Below are positions 1-9,534 of a stretch of 64,000 bases of DNA, one piece after another (position 1 is the stretch's first letter; every line of letters starts with the position of its first letter). The stretch is taken from IMG/VR virus record IMGVR_UViG_2795385551_000010, positions 1 through 64,000 of that record. One strand, given 5' to 3'. The stretch is from a virus. Lineage: Duplodnaviria > Caudoviricetes. Below the pieces are notes generated by a model. That model was given only the letters and a program-made list of their open reading frames with translations, was not told the DNA's origin and did no database searches. A program made the translations under genes and the position numbers.

Positions 1-1485
1 ATGTTGGCTGCTCCGGTGTGGATGGCGTCGCCGCCTGAGGTGCATTCAGCCCTGCTCAGCAGTGGTCCGGGCCCCGGCCCCCTGCTCGCGGCGGCCGCCG
101 AATGGTCGTCGTTAGGCGCGCACTACAGCGCAACTGCCCAAGAACTCCGGGCAATTCTGGCCGCCACCCACGCGAGTGCATGGCACGGCCCAAGCGCGGA
201 AACGTATGTGGCAGCACACACTCCATACCTGGAATGGCTGAACCAGGGAGCCCTCGAGAGCAACGCCCGGGCAGTCCAGCATGGAGCCGCCGCCAGCGCC
301 TACAGCACCGCGCTGGCCGTGATGCCCACTCTTGCCGAGCTTGCCGCCAATCACGCCACACACGCGGCACTGGTGGCAACAAACTTCTTCGGAATCAACA
401 CAATTCCCATCCTCGCCACCGAGGCGGACTATGTCCGCATGTGGGTGCAGGCCGCCACCACGATGGCGACCTACCAAACGGCCTCCGAGGTGGCGTTGGC
501 GTCCGCCCCTCCCTCAACACCACCGCCGTCGATCCTGCACGATCATGATCACGGACACGACGATCACGACCATGAGCACGGTCACGATGACGACCATGGG
601 CACGGAGATCTGGACCCGACCGACCCGGAATGGTGGGTGCATGTGGCCGGAGAGATGGTCGAGCATTTCGAGTTGCTGCTCAACAACCTGCTCACCGATC
701 CCGCCGCGCTGCTCACCAACCTGCCAATGGTCTTGGCAGATGTGGCATTCCACGCGGCCCAATTGGCGTCGACAATCGGCCAGTTCGCACCGGCACTGAT
801 TCAGCCGGCGTTGGCTCTGGCGATCGCCAACCTGGGTTGGGCGGCCGGGTTCGCGGGCCTGGCCGGAATCCAGCCGTCACCGGAAATCCTTGCCGTGGAA
901 CCGGGTTCCGTCGAAGATCCTCCCATGGCTGCGTCCGCCGGCACGGCTCCGGCACCCAGCCCGCCCGCCTCGGCCCCCGCCCCGGCAGCACCTGCAAGCG
1001 CCCCCGCACCCACCGCACCCGGCACCGTGCCCGCTCCGCCATCGCCGCCGCCCGTCGGCGACCCGGGATTCTCCTTCCCGTATGCCGTCGGTGGCGGGCC
1101 GCGTCTCGGCACCGGGTTGGCGCTGGCGGCTCAAGTACGTAGGGCAACCAGTGCGGCAGCGCGGTCCTCGGCGCGAGAGCAGGCCGCCACCGCGGAAACC
1201 GCAGCGGCCCGTCAGGCACGACGACGGCGAGACAAGAGCAAGCAACAGGGTCGCGGCATCGAGTACATGGATATGGATGCCACTGCGCGGTGCGAGGGGC
1301 CTGCTCCTGACCCCACCGCCTCGCACCGCGGAGCCGGCCCCATGGGATTCGCCGGGACCGTAATCAAAACGGGCGCAACGGCATCAGGGTTGGCGACGCT
1401 AAGTCGCGACGACGACTTGTTCGAGGGAGCGCGGGCGCCGATGGTGCCCAATACGTGGGACCCGGAGCACGGCCGCCAGGACTAA
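1..1485 (+). CDS. PPE family protein (PPE-PPW subfamily) with His/Asp-rich insert
   Basis: N-terminal [20 protein letters not shown] (WxG), [11 protein letters not shown] and [11 protein letters not shown] motifs; C-terminal GPMGFAGT...PMVPNTW; HD-rich tract at 538-609. Confidence 0.95.
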   Translation: MLAAPVWMASPPEVHSALLSSGPGPGPLLAAAAEWSSLGAHYSATAQELRAILAATHASAWHGPSAETYVAAHTPYLEWLNQGALESNARAVQHGAAASAYSTALAVMPTLAELAANHATHAALVATNFFGINTIPILATEADYVRMWVQAATTMATYQTASEVALASAPPSTPPPSILHDHDHGHDDHDHEHGHDDDHGHGDLDPTDPEWWVHVAGEMVEHFELLLNNLLTDPAALLTNLPMVLADVAFHAAQLASTIGQFAPALIQPALALAIANLGWAAGFAGLAGIQPSPEILAVEPGSVEDPPMAASAGTAPAPSPPASAPAPAAPASAPAPTAPGTVPAPPSPPPVGDPGFSFPYAVGGGPRLGTGLALAAQVRRATSAAARSSAREQAATAETAAARQARRRRDKSKQQGRGIEYMDMDATARCEGPAPDPTASHRGAGPMGFAGTVIKTGATASGLATLSRDDDLFEGARAPMVPNTWDPEHGRQD

Positions 1486-1790
1486 GGCTGGTGGCCCTGA
1501 ACGGCTACGCGGCCGGTCGGCCCCTGCTGCTGCCCGTCCCGCTTACGCAGTCGTGTTGAGGACGCACCCAACAGCAACGCTGTCAGATCGTTGTCACCGG
1601 ACTGCTTATCCCGATCCTGCCGATCATCCTTCGGAGGGAATCGGGGCGGCCACTGCTTGTTCTGCTTCTTTTGTTGCAGCTGACGGGCAAGGTCATCGCT
1701 CTTCCGCTGGGCTGCTCAGGTTGCTGTCCGACATCCTGCTGCGGCGGTTGTTGCGCGCGGTCCGCCCAGGGTTCTGATATTCCCCCTGCG
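1482..1790 (-). pseudogene. Frameshifted remnant paralogous to the Gln-rich middle of the 789-aa protein
   Basis: Manual translation gives AQQPPQQDVGQQPEQP, a frameshift, then KSDDLARQLQQ...DNDLTALLLGASSTRLRK; resembles KQADELRKKLQD...DNDPTTSAVAATQRRK in 2387..4756. Confidence 0.55.
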
Positions 1791-1860
1791 ATCCCGGATT
1801 ACAACGCCACCTTGAACTCGCCCACCGACCAGCGCACCACCCGCCACACCAGCCACCGAG

Positions 1861-2121
1861 TCATTGATGTTGCCGAACGACCCCTACATACTGTTCACAT
1901 GCAGATACCATTGCCCTCAGCAGAATGATGGCGAAGGAAATGCCTATCGCGTATCGCAGGTATTCAGAATCCGTCAGGAAAAACAGGCCGGAGGATATGG
2001 CCGATATTCCCGCTACTTGCAAGGCGAGCCCCTTGCCCAGGTGTGTGGGCAATAGAAGTGTCGACCAGATAAACAGAATTGTGCCCAACGCAAGCAGCAA
2101 TAATGACGTATACAGGTTCAT
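1861..2121 (-). CDS. Small 3-TM membrane protein, candidate immunity protein
   Basis: 86 aa, three hydrophobic segments, ATGA overlap with upstream gene, visibly lower GC. Confidence 0.65.
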   Translation of the reverse strand: MNLYTSLLLLALGTILFIWSTLLLPTHLGKGLALQVAGISAISSGLFFLTDSEYLRYAIGISFAIILLRAMVSACEQYVGVVRQHQ

Positions 2122-2363
2122 CGGGGACCCGTCCGCTTCCTCTTCTGGTTATGCATGTCTTCCAACGTCGATGGTGGCGGTGCAGCGGGGCCAACGAACC
2201 AGGTTATCCATGCAGCCCCTTTAAGGAGCCGCTGCCACCAGGGTATGTGTGACTTGTCTGAGTTTGGCGTGTAGGGCACTGATTGAGGTGCTGCGGCCTT
2301 GCGTATCTGCTCGGCAGTAAACGGCTGACGTGACCCTTGCCCTGATTTTTCGCTCTTGTCCAT
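2118..2363 (-). CDS. Small protein with one hydrophobic/amphipathic segment
   Basis: 81 aa, AAAAGG SD-like sequence upstream, directly follows the 789-aa gene. Confidence 0.6.
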   Translation of the reverse strand: MDKSEKSGQGSRQPFTAEQIRKAAAPQSVPYTPNSDKSHIPWWQRLLKGAAWITWFVGPAAPPPSTLEDMHNQKRKRTGPR

Positions 2364-2386
2364 ATCTACGCCTTTTCAACTTATGT

Positions 2387-4756
2387 TTAGCTGAACAAGC
2401 TCTTAGCGCCGCTCCATAGCGATTTCGCGCCATTCACAACGGATTTTCCTGCTTCTTTCGCAGCTTCGCCTGTGGCACGCAGCCCGCTATCAATTGCCTG
2501 CTGTGCTCCTTCTGGCAGTTTGCCGTAGGCCCACTTTACGCCTTGGTATGCGGCCACTCCTGCGGCAGCGCCCACGACCACTACGGCTACTGCCGGCGCC
2601 GCGGGTGCTAGAGCTGCCATGGCAGCTCCGGCGAGAAGCCCGGCACCGACGCTGGCGGCGTTGGCGGCAATCGCTTTGCCTGGTGCCATGCCGTCTTTGA
2701 TGTCGTAGTACGCCGCCAAAGGTGCCAGGGCAGGACCTGTGCCCTTGCCAAGAACCTTGGTGACCGTGCTGAGGTTCCCGACCTTGGAAACCAGACCAGG
2801 GATCTTCGGTGTTTCGCTGCGGATCGTGTTCATAGCCGCACCAATTGCAGGGTCCGCAGTCGTTACGCGGCTTCCTGCCCGTATCGAATCGTTGATGACA
2901 TTCGACGATGCCTTCACCAGACGCTGCGATTCGGACAGAGCGGCCTGACTGACATTGAGATTTCGTTTCAGCAGCGCGTTAACTCCGGCCGAGGCGCCTT
3001 GAATCGCATACTTCGGGGCACGCTCGACTTGCTTGTCGACCATCTCTTTGCCTTTGTCGAGGAGCGACTTCCGACGCTGAGTGGCAGCAACCGCTGACGT
3101 CGTCGGATCGTTGTCAGCGTCATCATCGTCGTCAGAACTATCGCTGTCTTGGTCCAGCTGATCCTGAAGCTTCTTACGAAGCTCGTCAGCTTGTTTCTGT
3201 TTCTCCTGCAGCTGTTCCTGTTGACGTTGAATCTGTTGTTGTTGCTGGTCAACCGGGTTCTGCTTTGGCTCGTTCTGCTGGCCCGGCTGGCTCTGCTGAC
3301 CAGGCTGCGTTTGTCCGGACTGCGTCGGGCTCTGTTGTGCCGGTTGTTGTCCGGGCTGTCCCTGAGGTTGTTGTGCGCCGGGCTGTTGGGGCGTTTGCCC
3401 CGCAGGCTGTTGCCCGACAGGGTTCTGAGGCGCCTGTGCGGGCTGCTGCGGCGCTTGGGGAGCCTGCTGTACGGGTTGTTGCGCAGGTGCTTGTTGTACG
3501 GGTGCTTGGACTGGGGGTTGTGCGTCGGGTTGCCAGGGTCCGTAGTTGGGTAGCGGCTGGCCGTGAGCGGCGCGTTGGCCGGTCTGTTGGCCGATGTTCT
3601 GGCCGGCCTGTTGAGGAGCGCTTTGCCCGCCTTGGGCGGAGTTTTGGTTGTAGATGGAGATTCCGGAGTTTTGGTCTAGTGGCGGCTGGTTGATGCCGCC
3701 TTGGTAGTCGGGTTGTTGGGCGGGCATTTGGGGTGGCTGGAATTGAGAGGCGTTGGGGCCGTATGAGCCGCCACCGTTGTCTCCGCCGCCGCAGTCTGGT
3801 GGGCATTGGGCATGGGCCAGCGGTATAGCGCCGGGTCCGGTGTAGTCGGAGGGGGTGGCGAGCCCGAATCCCATGGCGCTAAACCAGATGAGGGCGACTA
3901 CGGCGGTACCGGCCTGCATTTGTCCCAGCGGGCTGGCCCCACCACCGCCGCCGCCGTGGGTTTGGGCCCACTGCCACCATCCCGATAGTGCTTTCCACCA
4001 CCAGGTATTGGCGGCGAAGGCCACGACCAAAATGGCGGTGATGGCCGCCAGGGCGGCCATCGGATCATCACCTGTCAGCCACTTCGAAACGTGCGGGACC
4101 ACGTACCCGGATAGGAATACCAGTGCCGCGGCGCCGGCGAGCAGGGTCAAACCAAGACCCGGGTGGCTGGACCACCACAGCGCCCACCACTGCTGGTTGG
4201 GGTTCTGCTGGTTGTCGTTGCGGTTTCGTGTGCCCGAGTTGGCGAAGATCGCGGCCGCGAGGGTCTTCGCGCCGCTGAATAGCAGCGCCCCGAACATGAC
4301 CATGAACGCGACAGCCACCAGTTGTGAGGTCAGCGTCCAGCCGATCGCCGTATCGGTCACGGCGCCGGTGCCGGTGGTGTGCGCCCACCAGGTGGCGGCA
4401 TGGCCGCGCATCACCCACCAGATACCGGCAGCGCCCATGGCGATGCCTGCGGTGGCGCGCATGGGAGCGGAGATGGGAGCTAGTGGCGCCAAGGCTGCGG
4501 CGGTGAGCGGTGCCAGGGCGCGGCGTAGCAGGGTGATGCCTTTACCCAGGGCTGTAAACGCGAGGCACAGCAGGATCACCCAGCCCACTGTCCCAGCCGC
4601 ACCACCTGCGGGCGCGAGCACATGCAGGCCCCATACCCCGGCCACGAGTAGGGCTGCCCCGGTGACGCCAGCGGCGAACCCGGTCAACTGCATGCTCGGG
4701 GGCCTAGCGGAGTCCGCGGCCGTGGGCAGGGGTTCGGTGGTCGCATCATCACTCAT
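2387..4756 (-). CDS. Multi-TM protein with CPPDC motif, Gln/Pro-rich stalk and Gly/Ala-rich hydrophobic C-terminus (candidate membrane-active toxin)
   Basis: About 8 N-terminal hydrophobic helices; PLAHA-QCPPDCGGG; QQPAQ repeats; coiled-coil and acidic stretch; C-terminal AGLLAGAAMAALAPAAPAVAVVVVGAAAGV. Confidence 0.85.
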   Translation of the reverse strand: MSDDATTEPLPTAADSARPPSMQLTGFAAGVTGAALLVAGVWGLHVLAPAGGAAGTVGWVILLCLAFTALGKGITLLRRALAPLTAAALAPLAPISAPMRATAGIAMGAAGIWWVMRGHAATWWAHTTGTGAVTDTAIGWTLTSQLVAVAFMVMFGALLFSGAKTLAAAIFANSGTRNRNDNQQNPNQQWWALWWSSHPGLGLTLLAGAAALVFLSGYVVPHVSKWLTGDDPMAALAAITAILVVAFAANTWWWKALSGWWQWAQTHGGGGGGASPLGQMQAGTAVVALIWFSAMGFGLATPSDYTGPGAIPLAHAQCPPDCGGGDNGGGSYGPNASQFQPPQMPAQQPDYQGGINQPPLDQNSGISIYNQNSAQGGQSAPQQAGQNIGQQTGQRAAHGQPLPNYGPWQPDAQPPVQAPVQQAPAQQPVQQAPQAPQQPAQAPQNPVGQQPAGQTPQQPGAQQPQGQPGQQPAQQSPTQSGQTQPGQQSQPGQQNEPKQNPVDQQQQQIQRQQEQLQEKQKQADELRKKLQDQLDQDSDSSDDDDDADNDPTTSAVAATQRRKSLLDKGKEMVDKQVERAPKYAIQGASAGVNALLKRNLNVSQAALSESQRLVKASSNVINDSIRAGSRVTTADPAIGAAMNTIRSETPKIPGLVSKVGNLSTVTKVLGKGTGPALAPLAAYYDIKDGMAPGKAIAANAASVGAGLLAGAAMAALAPAAPAVAVVVVGAAAGVAAYQGVKWAYGKLPEGAQQAIDSGLRATGEAAKEAGKSVVNGAKSLWSGAKSLFS

Positions 4757-4827
4757 CTGCTAGTCCTGTTCCCGGAGTGCTTGTTTGTGTGAAAGGTGTT
4801 GTGGTGCTGCATGTTGCGGCGGGTACG

Positions 4828-6075
4828 TCAGGTGCCTCCGGCCGCTGCGGCGGGCGGGCCGGGAGTCATGTTTTCTTTGGCCCACCGCACATGCCCGTTG
4901 GCGCTGGCCAGGCAGCCCTCGTAGTTGTCGCCGTCCTGGCCGAACGCGGCCACGCAGGCATTCGTCAGGTCGGCCATGAACGTGTTCTCACACGTTAGGG
5001 CGCTGGTGCGAGCGGGGGCAGCGCTCATGCACGCAGTCAGCCGGGCACACGACGGCGCGAAATCAGCAGCCCCGCCAGGGGTTCCGTCGTCCCCACCGCC
5101 GACGAATTGTGGCGGCCCAGACACACACCGCCCGGCAGCACTGCCCGCTGGTGCTTTAGGTGCGGGATCGCCTTGAGCGACCGCCGGAACGCTGGTGGAT
5201 GGCCGGTAGGCCACGGTGATGGTGACGGGAAAATTGAGCAATCCGATATCGCCGACGTTCAGATTCACGTCCGATTGCTGATACAGATAACTTCCCCCGA
5301 CCGACGGTGTGACCGGGATCGGGTTGCCGGCACCGTCTTTTGCATCAGGGATGCTCAGCGCCCCGATAATCGCTGCCGAATGTCCGGGGGCTGCATCGGT
5401 CTCAACTACCACCGCTTGCGCGGCTTGGCGCAGATGAGTGCCCTCGGGATACCGGATCCCCACCGTGAAGTCACTCGGCGAGATGAAGGTCTTGCGAATC
5501 ATGCGAATATCCGCGCCGCCGCCGGCATCGGGGATCACCACATAATCCACCGGACCCGAACCATAAGAGGCCGCACCGCCCTCACCCCAATTAGCAGCCG
5601 TCAAGGCTCGTTCGTTGGGTAGATGGATGACGACTTGCTTGCCTGGCCACGCGGTCGCGGCATGTACTCCGTCGGTAGCGATTGGCGGAACTGCCACCAC
5701 ACCACGCTGGCGCGCCTCCGCAAGAGGTCGCCCTGTTCCTGGCCCCATCCCTTGCGGCACATTCGTTTTAGCCTGTGCCCCACCAATACTCACCGCACGC
5801 GGCAAATTATCGGGCTGCGGCACCGCCAACGGCGGCGGAGCCGGAGCAGGAGGCCCAGGCTGATTGGGGTCTGCTCCAGCTGCACTTGCGCTAGATAACG
5901 CAAGCCCAGCAACCGCTGTCACGGCCGCCAACGAAACCGATCTGAGATGGAGCCGCCTAGGTATGCGTCGGCCGTAGTGGACGCCCGAAGATTCGCTGGA
6001 AGCAGGTCGCGTACGGCAGTTGATCACCGTCATCAGCCGATGCGGTGCGCCCCGACTGCCGGTTTCGCCGCCCAC
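4828..6075 (-). CDS. Secreted protein with C-terminal Cys-rich, degenerate phospholipase A2-like domain
   Basis: Signal-like RR...SLAAVTAVAGLALSSASAAGA-DP; PDAKDGAGNPIPVT; DFAPSCARLTACM...CENTFMADLTNAC...C; start could be 6033. Confidence 0.75.
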   Translation of the reverse strand: MGGETGSRGAPHRLMTVINCRTRPASSESSGVHYGRRIPRRLHLRSVSLAAVTAVAGLALSSASAAGADPNQPGPPAPAPPPLAVPQPDNLPRAVSIGGAQAKTNVPQGMGPGTGRPLAEARQRGVVAVPPIATDGVHAATAWPGKQVVIHLPNERALTAANWGEGGAASYGSGPVDYVVIPDAGGGADIRMIRKTFISPSDFTVGIRYPEGTHLRQAAQAVVVETDAAPGHSAAIIGALSIPDAKDGAGNPIPVTPSVGGSYLYQQSDVNLNVGDIGLLNFPVTITVAYRPSTSVPAVAQGDPAPKAPAGSAAGRCVSGPPQFVGGGDDGTPGGAADFAPSCARLTACMSAAPARTSALTCENTFMADLTNACVAAFGQDGDNYEGCLASANGHVRWAKENMTPGPPAAAAGGT

Positions 6076-6566
6076 GAGCCCCCCTTGAGCCGTATTGATA
6101 CCAACCTATCAGCGACTAGACTATATCAGCAATACCAGCACACCTACATGGTCTGGCAAAGTATAGAAGGCGTCCTTCGTTGACCCGCCCGTTTCTGCAC
6201 TCCAGGGCGATATTCGACCGAATTCGGGCGTTGAGTGTGACTGATGACGAAAGCTGCGGGCGTGGGGAAAAGATAGCCGCAACCTCAAATGTGGCCGACC
6301 GCCGCTGCACCCAAGTGCCCAGTCGCCGATCACCACCTGCCCGCGCCAGCGACCAAATGCGGCCACTTCGAGAGCCCGCGTACGAAACAACGCCGAAGCA
6401 GTTTTCGGGACAACAGCCGTGATGCAGTTGGAGCTGAGGAATTGGGCGTAGCCACGTTGCCGACGGCGCTGTGGCGGAGAGTTTGTCCGAGCTGCACCAA
6501 ACCCGGTCGATCTCGGCTGGCTCGACCGGCCTCCACAGACCGAAATCGAGCTCTACGCCGCTGCCC

Positions 6567-6870
6567 CACCTCCTCGCCAAGGCGTCCCAGCTTTATCCCC
6601 GTGCCGTCGTGACTGTGTCGCGACGGAGCCTTACGGACATTGCACCCGGCTCAACCTGGCGGGTCATCACGAAAGTGGTCGCGTAAGTCCCGTTCTGCGA
6701 CCTGCCGCAGTTTCGCCGAGCTCGACTGCAGCCCGTTAGTCGAATCGGGCCGCATCCCAGCCATGGTGACGTTCACCTATCCGGGCGAATGGGAGAGCGT
6801 CGCCCCAAGGGGGCTCCAGTGAAGCGGCATATGGTTTTGTGGCGCAAACGCTTTCACCGCGAATATGGTG
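6567..6870 (+). pseudogene. Fragment of an RCR replication initiator, paralog of the AICE rep
   Basis: HLLAKASQLYPRAVVTVSRR.../WSRKSRSATCRSFAELDCSPLVESGRIPAMVTFTYPGEWESVAP/VKRHMVLWRKRFHREYG aligns with Rep 19080..20297; two frameshifts. Confidence 0.9.
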
Positions 6871-7017
6871 TGCGGCGAGAGACGAACGCTCGTGGGTGAT
6901 GAAAGCCGGGCGGTGGATCTCCCCGCCATCCACGATGCGATCATACGTCGCATCGAAAGCTGCAGTCGCCGCTGAGGGATATGGCCTGGAAGACCCCGGG
7001 GTGGTTGCCTCACTTAT

Positions 7018-7690
7018 TCACCCCTTGGCGGCGAGCATCGCCGCCCACTTGGCTACAAGGGCGCTCACCAGATCATGCGCCTCGGTAAGAGATAGCTCGC
7101 GAGGGGGTACCGCTGTCGACCTGGCATGCCGCACCCGTTGCGCCGAGGCAGTGAATGAATCCACTTGTGTCTTTGTGGCCCAATCTAATTCGCCATAGAT
7201 CTTACTCCGGCACCAATCGCGTCGGTGATGATCTCGAAGACCCAATACAGATCTGACCACCAGACATTCTCTGGCTTACCCAGAACTTCCTGCGCCTCGG
7301 CGAGATCTGGATTCGACGCCGCCGCTGCGAAACGGTCCGGCCAGGGAGATGGCGGATCGGGAACTACCGTGCCGTCTGGTCTCGCGACCGTAACTGTCGG
7401 TCGCCCAACATTCACACGGATCTGAGCCGGTGCGGGTCGGAGGACCGTGTGCCGCCGACCGTCGGACGTCGTGTACTCGTCGCTCAGCGCTACCGGACGA
7501 AAGTTCTGATTTTCAACGCGCCCAAGGCCGTTGATGCGCAGAAGGAGCCGCTCGGCGGCTTCATAGAACTTCTCGTCTTCTGAGGGAGAGTCGATCTCGT
7601 GAAAAGCCAGGTAATAGTGGGTGGAGTATCGCGACCGGATCATCGCCGTGTTTTCGGAGACCGATGCGAACGAACTCGGTAGGGGTGCCG
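7018..7690 (-). pseudogene. Frameshifted, probably 5'-truncated HEPN/MauJ-like protein
   Basis: WSDLYWVFEII in one frame continues as WATKTQVDSFTASAQRVRHA in another frame; frameshift near 7200. Confidence 0.55.
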
Positions 7691-7704
7691 CCGTTCGTTT
7701 CGTA

Positions 7705-7726
7705 TGCGTGTGCGTGTGCGTGTGCG
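7705..7726. repeat. (TGCGTG)n microsatellite, about 3.7 copies
   Basis: tgcgtg tgcgtg tgcgtg tgcg. Confidence 0.9.
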
Positions 7727-7741
7727 CCATATCGCCACGGT

Positions 7742-8236
7742 TCAGCGCCAGAGCAGCGTGAGCTCTCCGCCGTCGGGGAGTTCCGCCCAGCGCGGTGCGA
7801 AGTCGTCGTAGCGGGCGAAGATCCGGTCCAGGAGAGCGGGTTCGACGTAGACCTCGGCCGCTGGCCCGGGCCACGGGCCAGCGGCCTGCCGGTGGCCGCG
7901 CTCGACCTCCCACAGCGCCGCCGTCAGCGACGCGAGGTACTCCGACCGTGCCATGTCCGCCGCCTGCGCCGCCGTGGGCTTGCGGTTTCGCCGGGACGCC
8001 TTCCGCCGCTCCGCCGGATCGGCGGGCCAGAAGAGCCCGTCGAGGCCGTTGGCGTCGGCGAGGCGCCCGAACACGCCGCCGCGCAGCCGCGCCTCCTGCT
8101 CGACGATGAGGTGCGCCGCGTCGTGCGGCACGGGTGGACGGCCACCCGGCCCGCCGCGCGGCGTGAGCTCGGGGCCCCTCTCCCGGCGGATCCGCACGTC
8201 GTACCCGTTCCGGCGCTTGACGAACGTGACCTCCAT
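7742..8236 (-). CDS. Hypothetical protein with HDxxH (zincin-like variant) motif
   Basis: MEVTFVKRR...VPHDAAHLIVEQEARLRGGVFG...SEYLA; start taken at ATG 8236 within the longer ORF. Confidence 0.75.
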   Translation of the reverse strand: MEVTFVKRRNGYDVRIRRERGPELTPRGGPGGRPPVPHDAAHLIVEQEARLRGGVFGRLADANGLDGLFWPADPAERRKASRRNRKPTAAQAADMARSEYLASLTAALWEVERGHRQAAGPWPGPAAEVYVEPALLDRIFARYDDFAPRWAELPDGGELTLLWR

Positions 8237-8539
8237 GCCCTCTAGGGTGCGTCCTAGGCGGGGGCGCCACAACCGGTTTTCGACGGCCTGCGGCCCGCCC
8301 GCCACGCGCCCCACAGTGATTCCATGTCGATCCGTGACCGCTGGTGCCCGTCCCTCCTCGACGCGACGGCCGGACTCGGAGCGGTCTACAGCACGTAACC
8401 CAAGCCGTGGGAGCCCAGGTGTCAGGATCCGCCCCGTCGACGGGGCCCTTCTTCGGCCGCCCAGCAGCTGAACATCGCCCGCCTGATCGCTGGATATGGT
8501 GGGTGACATCGTCGGGAAGCGAGGGATGAGGGGAGCGCC

Positions 8540-9028
8540 GTGGATGGTCTGAGTGACGTGTCGGTCGATCACCGCGTCCGGCGTTGGAACCTCGCACGGT
8601 CGCTGTTCGCGTTCCTCACGTTGGCAGGGGTCGTGTTCTGCATCGCCAGTGCGCTCGGCACCTCCCCGCACTGGGTGTGGATCGCGGGGTTCGCCGCCAC
8701 CTTGGTGAGCGGGTGCCTGCTCAGGATCGCCTGGGACAAGCACCGCGTGGCTCTCTTCGCGGGAGCCCCCACCGCCGTGGGCACGGTCCGCGACGTGCTG
8801 GAAAGCCAGTTCGGAGACGGGGCATCGAAGTACCAGCTGCTGATCGATGCGGAACTCGCACACGGGGTGTCGATCCACCGGCGGATCGACACCGGCGGGG
8901 ATCCCGATCCGCTCGGCTGGGTCGGGAAGCCGGTCCGGTTCCGTCACCGCACCCTCGACCCGGACGACCTCGACGACGCGTTCGTCGGTCGCGAGGAGCG
9001 CAACGCGTCGTTGGGGCCTGGCTCGTGA
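8540..9028 (+). CDS. Array family A membrane protein (2 TM + DUF3592-like beta domain)
   Basis: Two TM helices; GKPVRFRHRTLDPDDLDDAF; GAGGGGAG SD before GTG. Confidence 0.85.
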   Translation: MDGLSDVSVDHRVRRWNLARSLFAFLTLAGVVFCIASALGTSPHWVWIAGFAATLVSGCLLRIAWDKHRVALFAGAPTAVGTVRDVLESQFGDGASKYQLLIDAELAHGVSIHRRIDTGGDPDPLGWVGKPVRFRHRTLDPDDLDDAFVGREERNASLGPGS

Positions 9029-9534
9029 GCGCCCACGATTCCGCGTCGACAGCGCCCGGCCGCGCCTACCGCTGGTGGGGCGTCGGGGCGATCACGTGCC
9101 TGGTTCTGGCGGTGACCGGTCTGCTCGGAGCCATCGCGAGCGCGTTCAGCTCCAGCCCAGAACAGCTGTGGGTCGCAACCGCCGTCGCGGTCTTCGTCCT
9201 GATCCCGGCGGGCATCCTCGGCGGCCTCTACTGCGGGCACCGGCGGTACCGCGCGCGGTTCACCAACGCGCATGTTTCCGAAGCGCCGATCGAAGAGGTC
9301 ACCGAGGTGCGTCGTACCAACGACGACGGCAGCGTCTCGCGCTACTTCATGCTCACCGTGTCCGTGGCAGTGGAGGGCGGGCCGGCCATCCGAAGGCACT
9401 GCACCGTGGGTGGGGACCACCCCCGCCCACGGATCGGGCAGACGCTGCGCTTCCGGCACACCACGCTGGACCCCGACGACCTGGAGGACGCACTGTTCGA
9501 CAGCATCCGCGAACATCAGCGAGGCACCGGGTGA
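9025..9534 (+). CDS. Array family A membrane protein
   Basis: GTGA overlap; 2 TM; GQTLRFRHTTLDPDDLEDALF. Confidence 0.85.
   Translation: MSAHDSASTAPGRAYRWWGVGAITCLVLAVTGLLGAIASAFSSSPEQLWVATAVAVFVLIPAGILGGLYCGHRRYRARFTNAHVSEAPIEEVTEVRRTNDDGSVSRYFMLTVSVAVEGGPAIRRHCTVGGDHPRPRIGQTLRFRHTTLDPDDLEDALFDSIREHQRGTG

Noticed and set aside
1489-1496. TGGTGGCC as a third tRNA-Phe att copy
   Set aside because: Only 8 bp match; expected by chance in GC-rich DNA
3200-3760. DNA repeat element or + strand ORFs in the ctg/ttg-rich stretch
   Set aside because: Explained by Gln/Pro codons of the - strand gene
6116-6566. Protein-coding gene
   Set aside because: Several short overlapping ORFs, none with recognisable motifs; probably decayed DNA
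7185-8597. 470-aa ORF as one gene
   Set aside because: N-terminal part is an Arg-rich shadow frame over 7742..8236; only the last ~160 codons look coding
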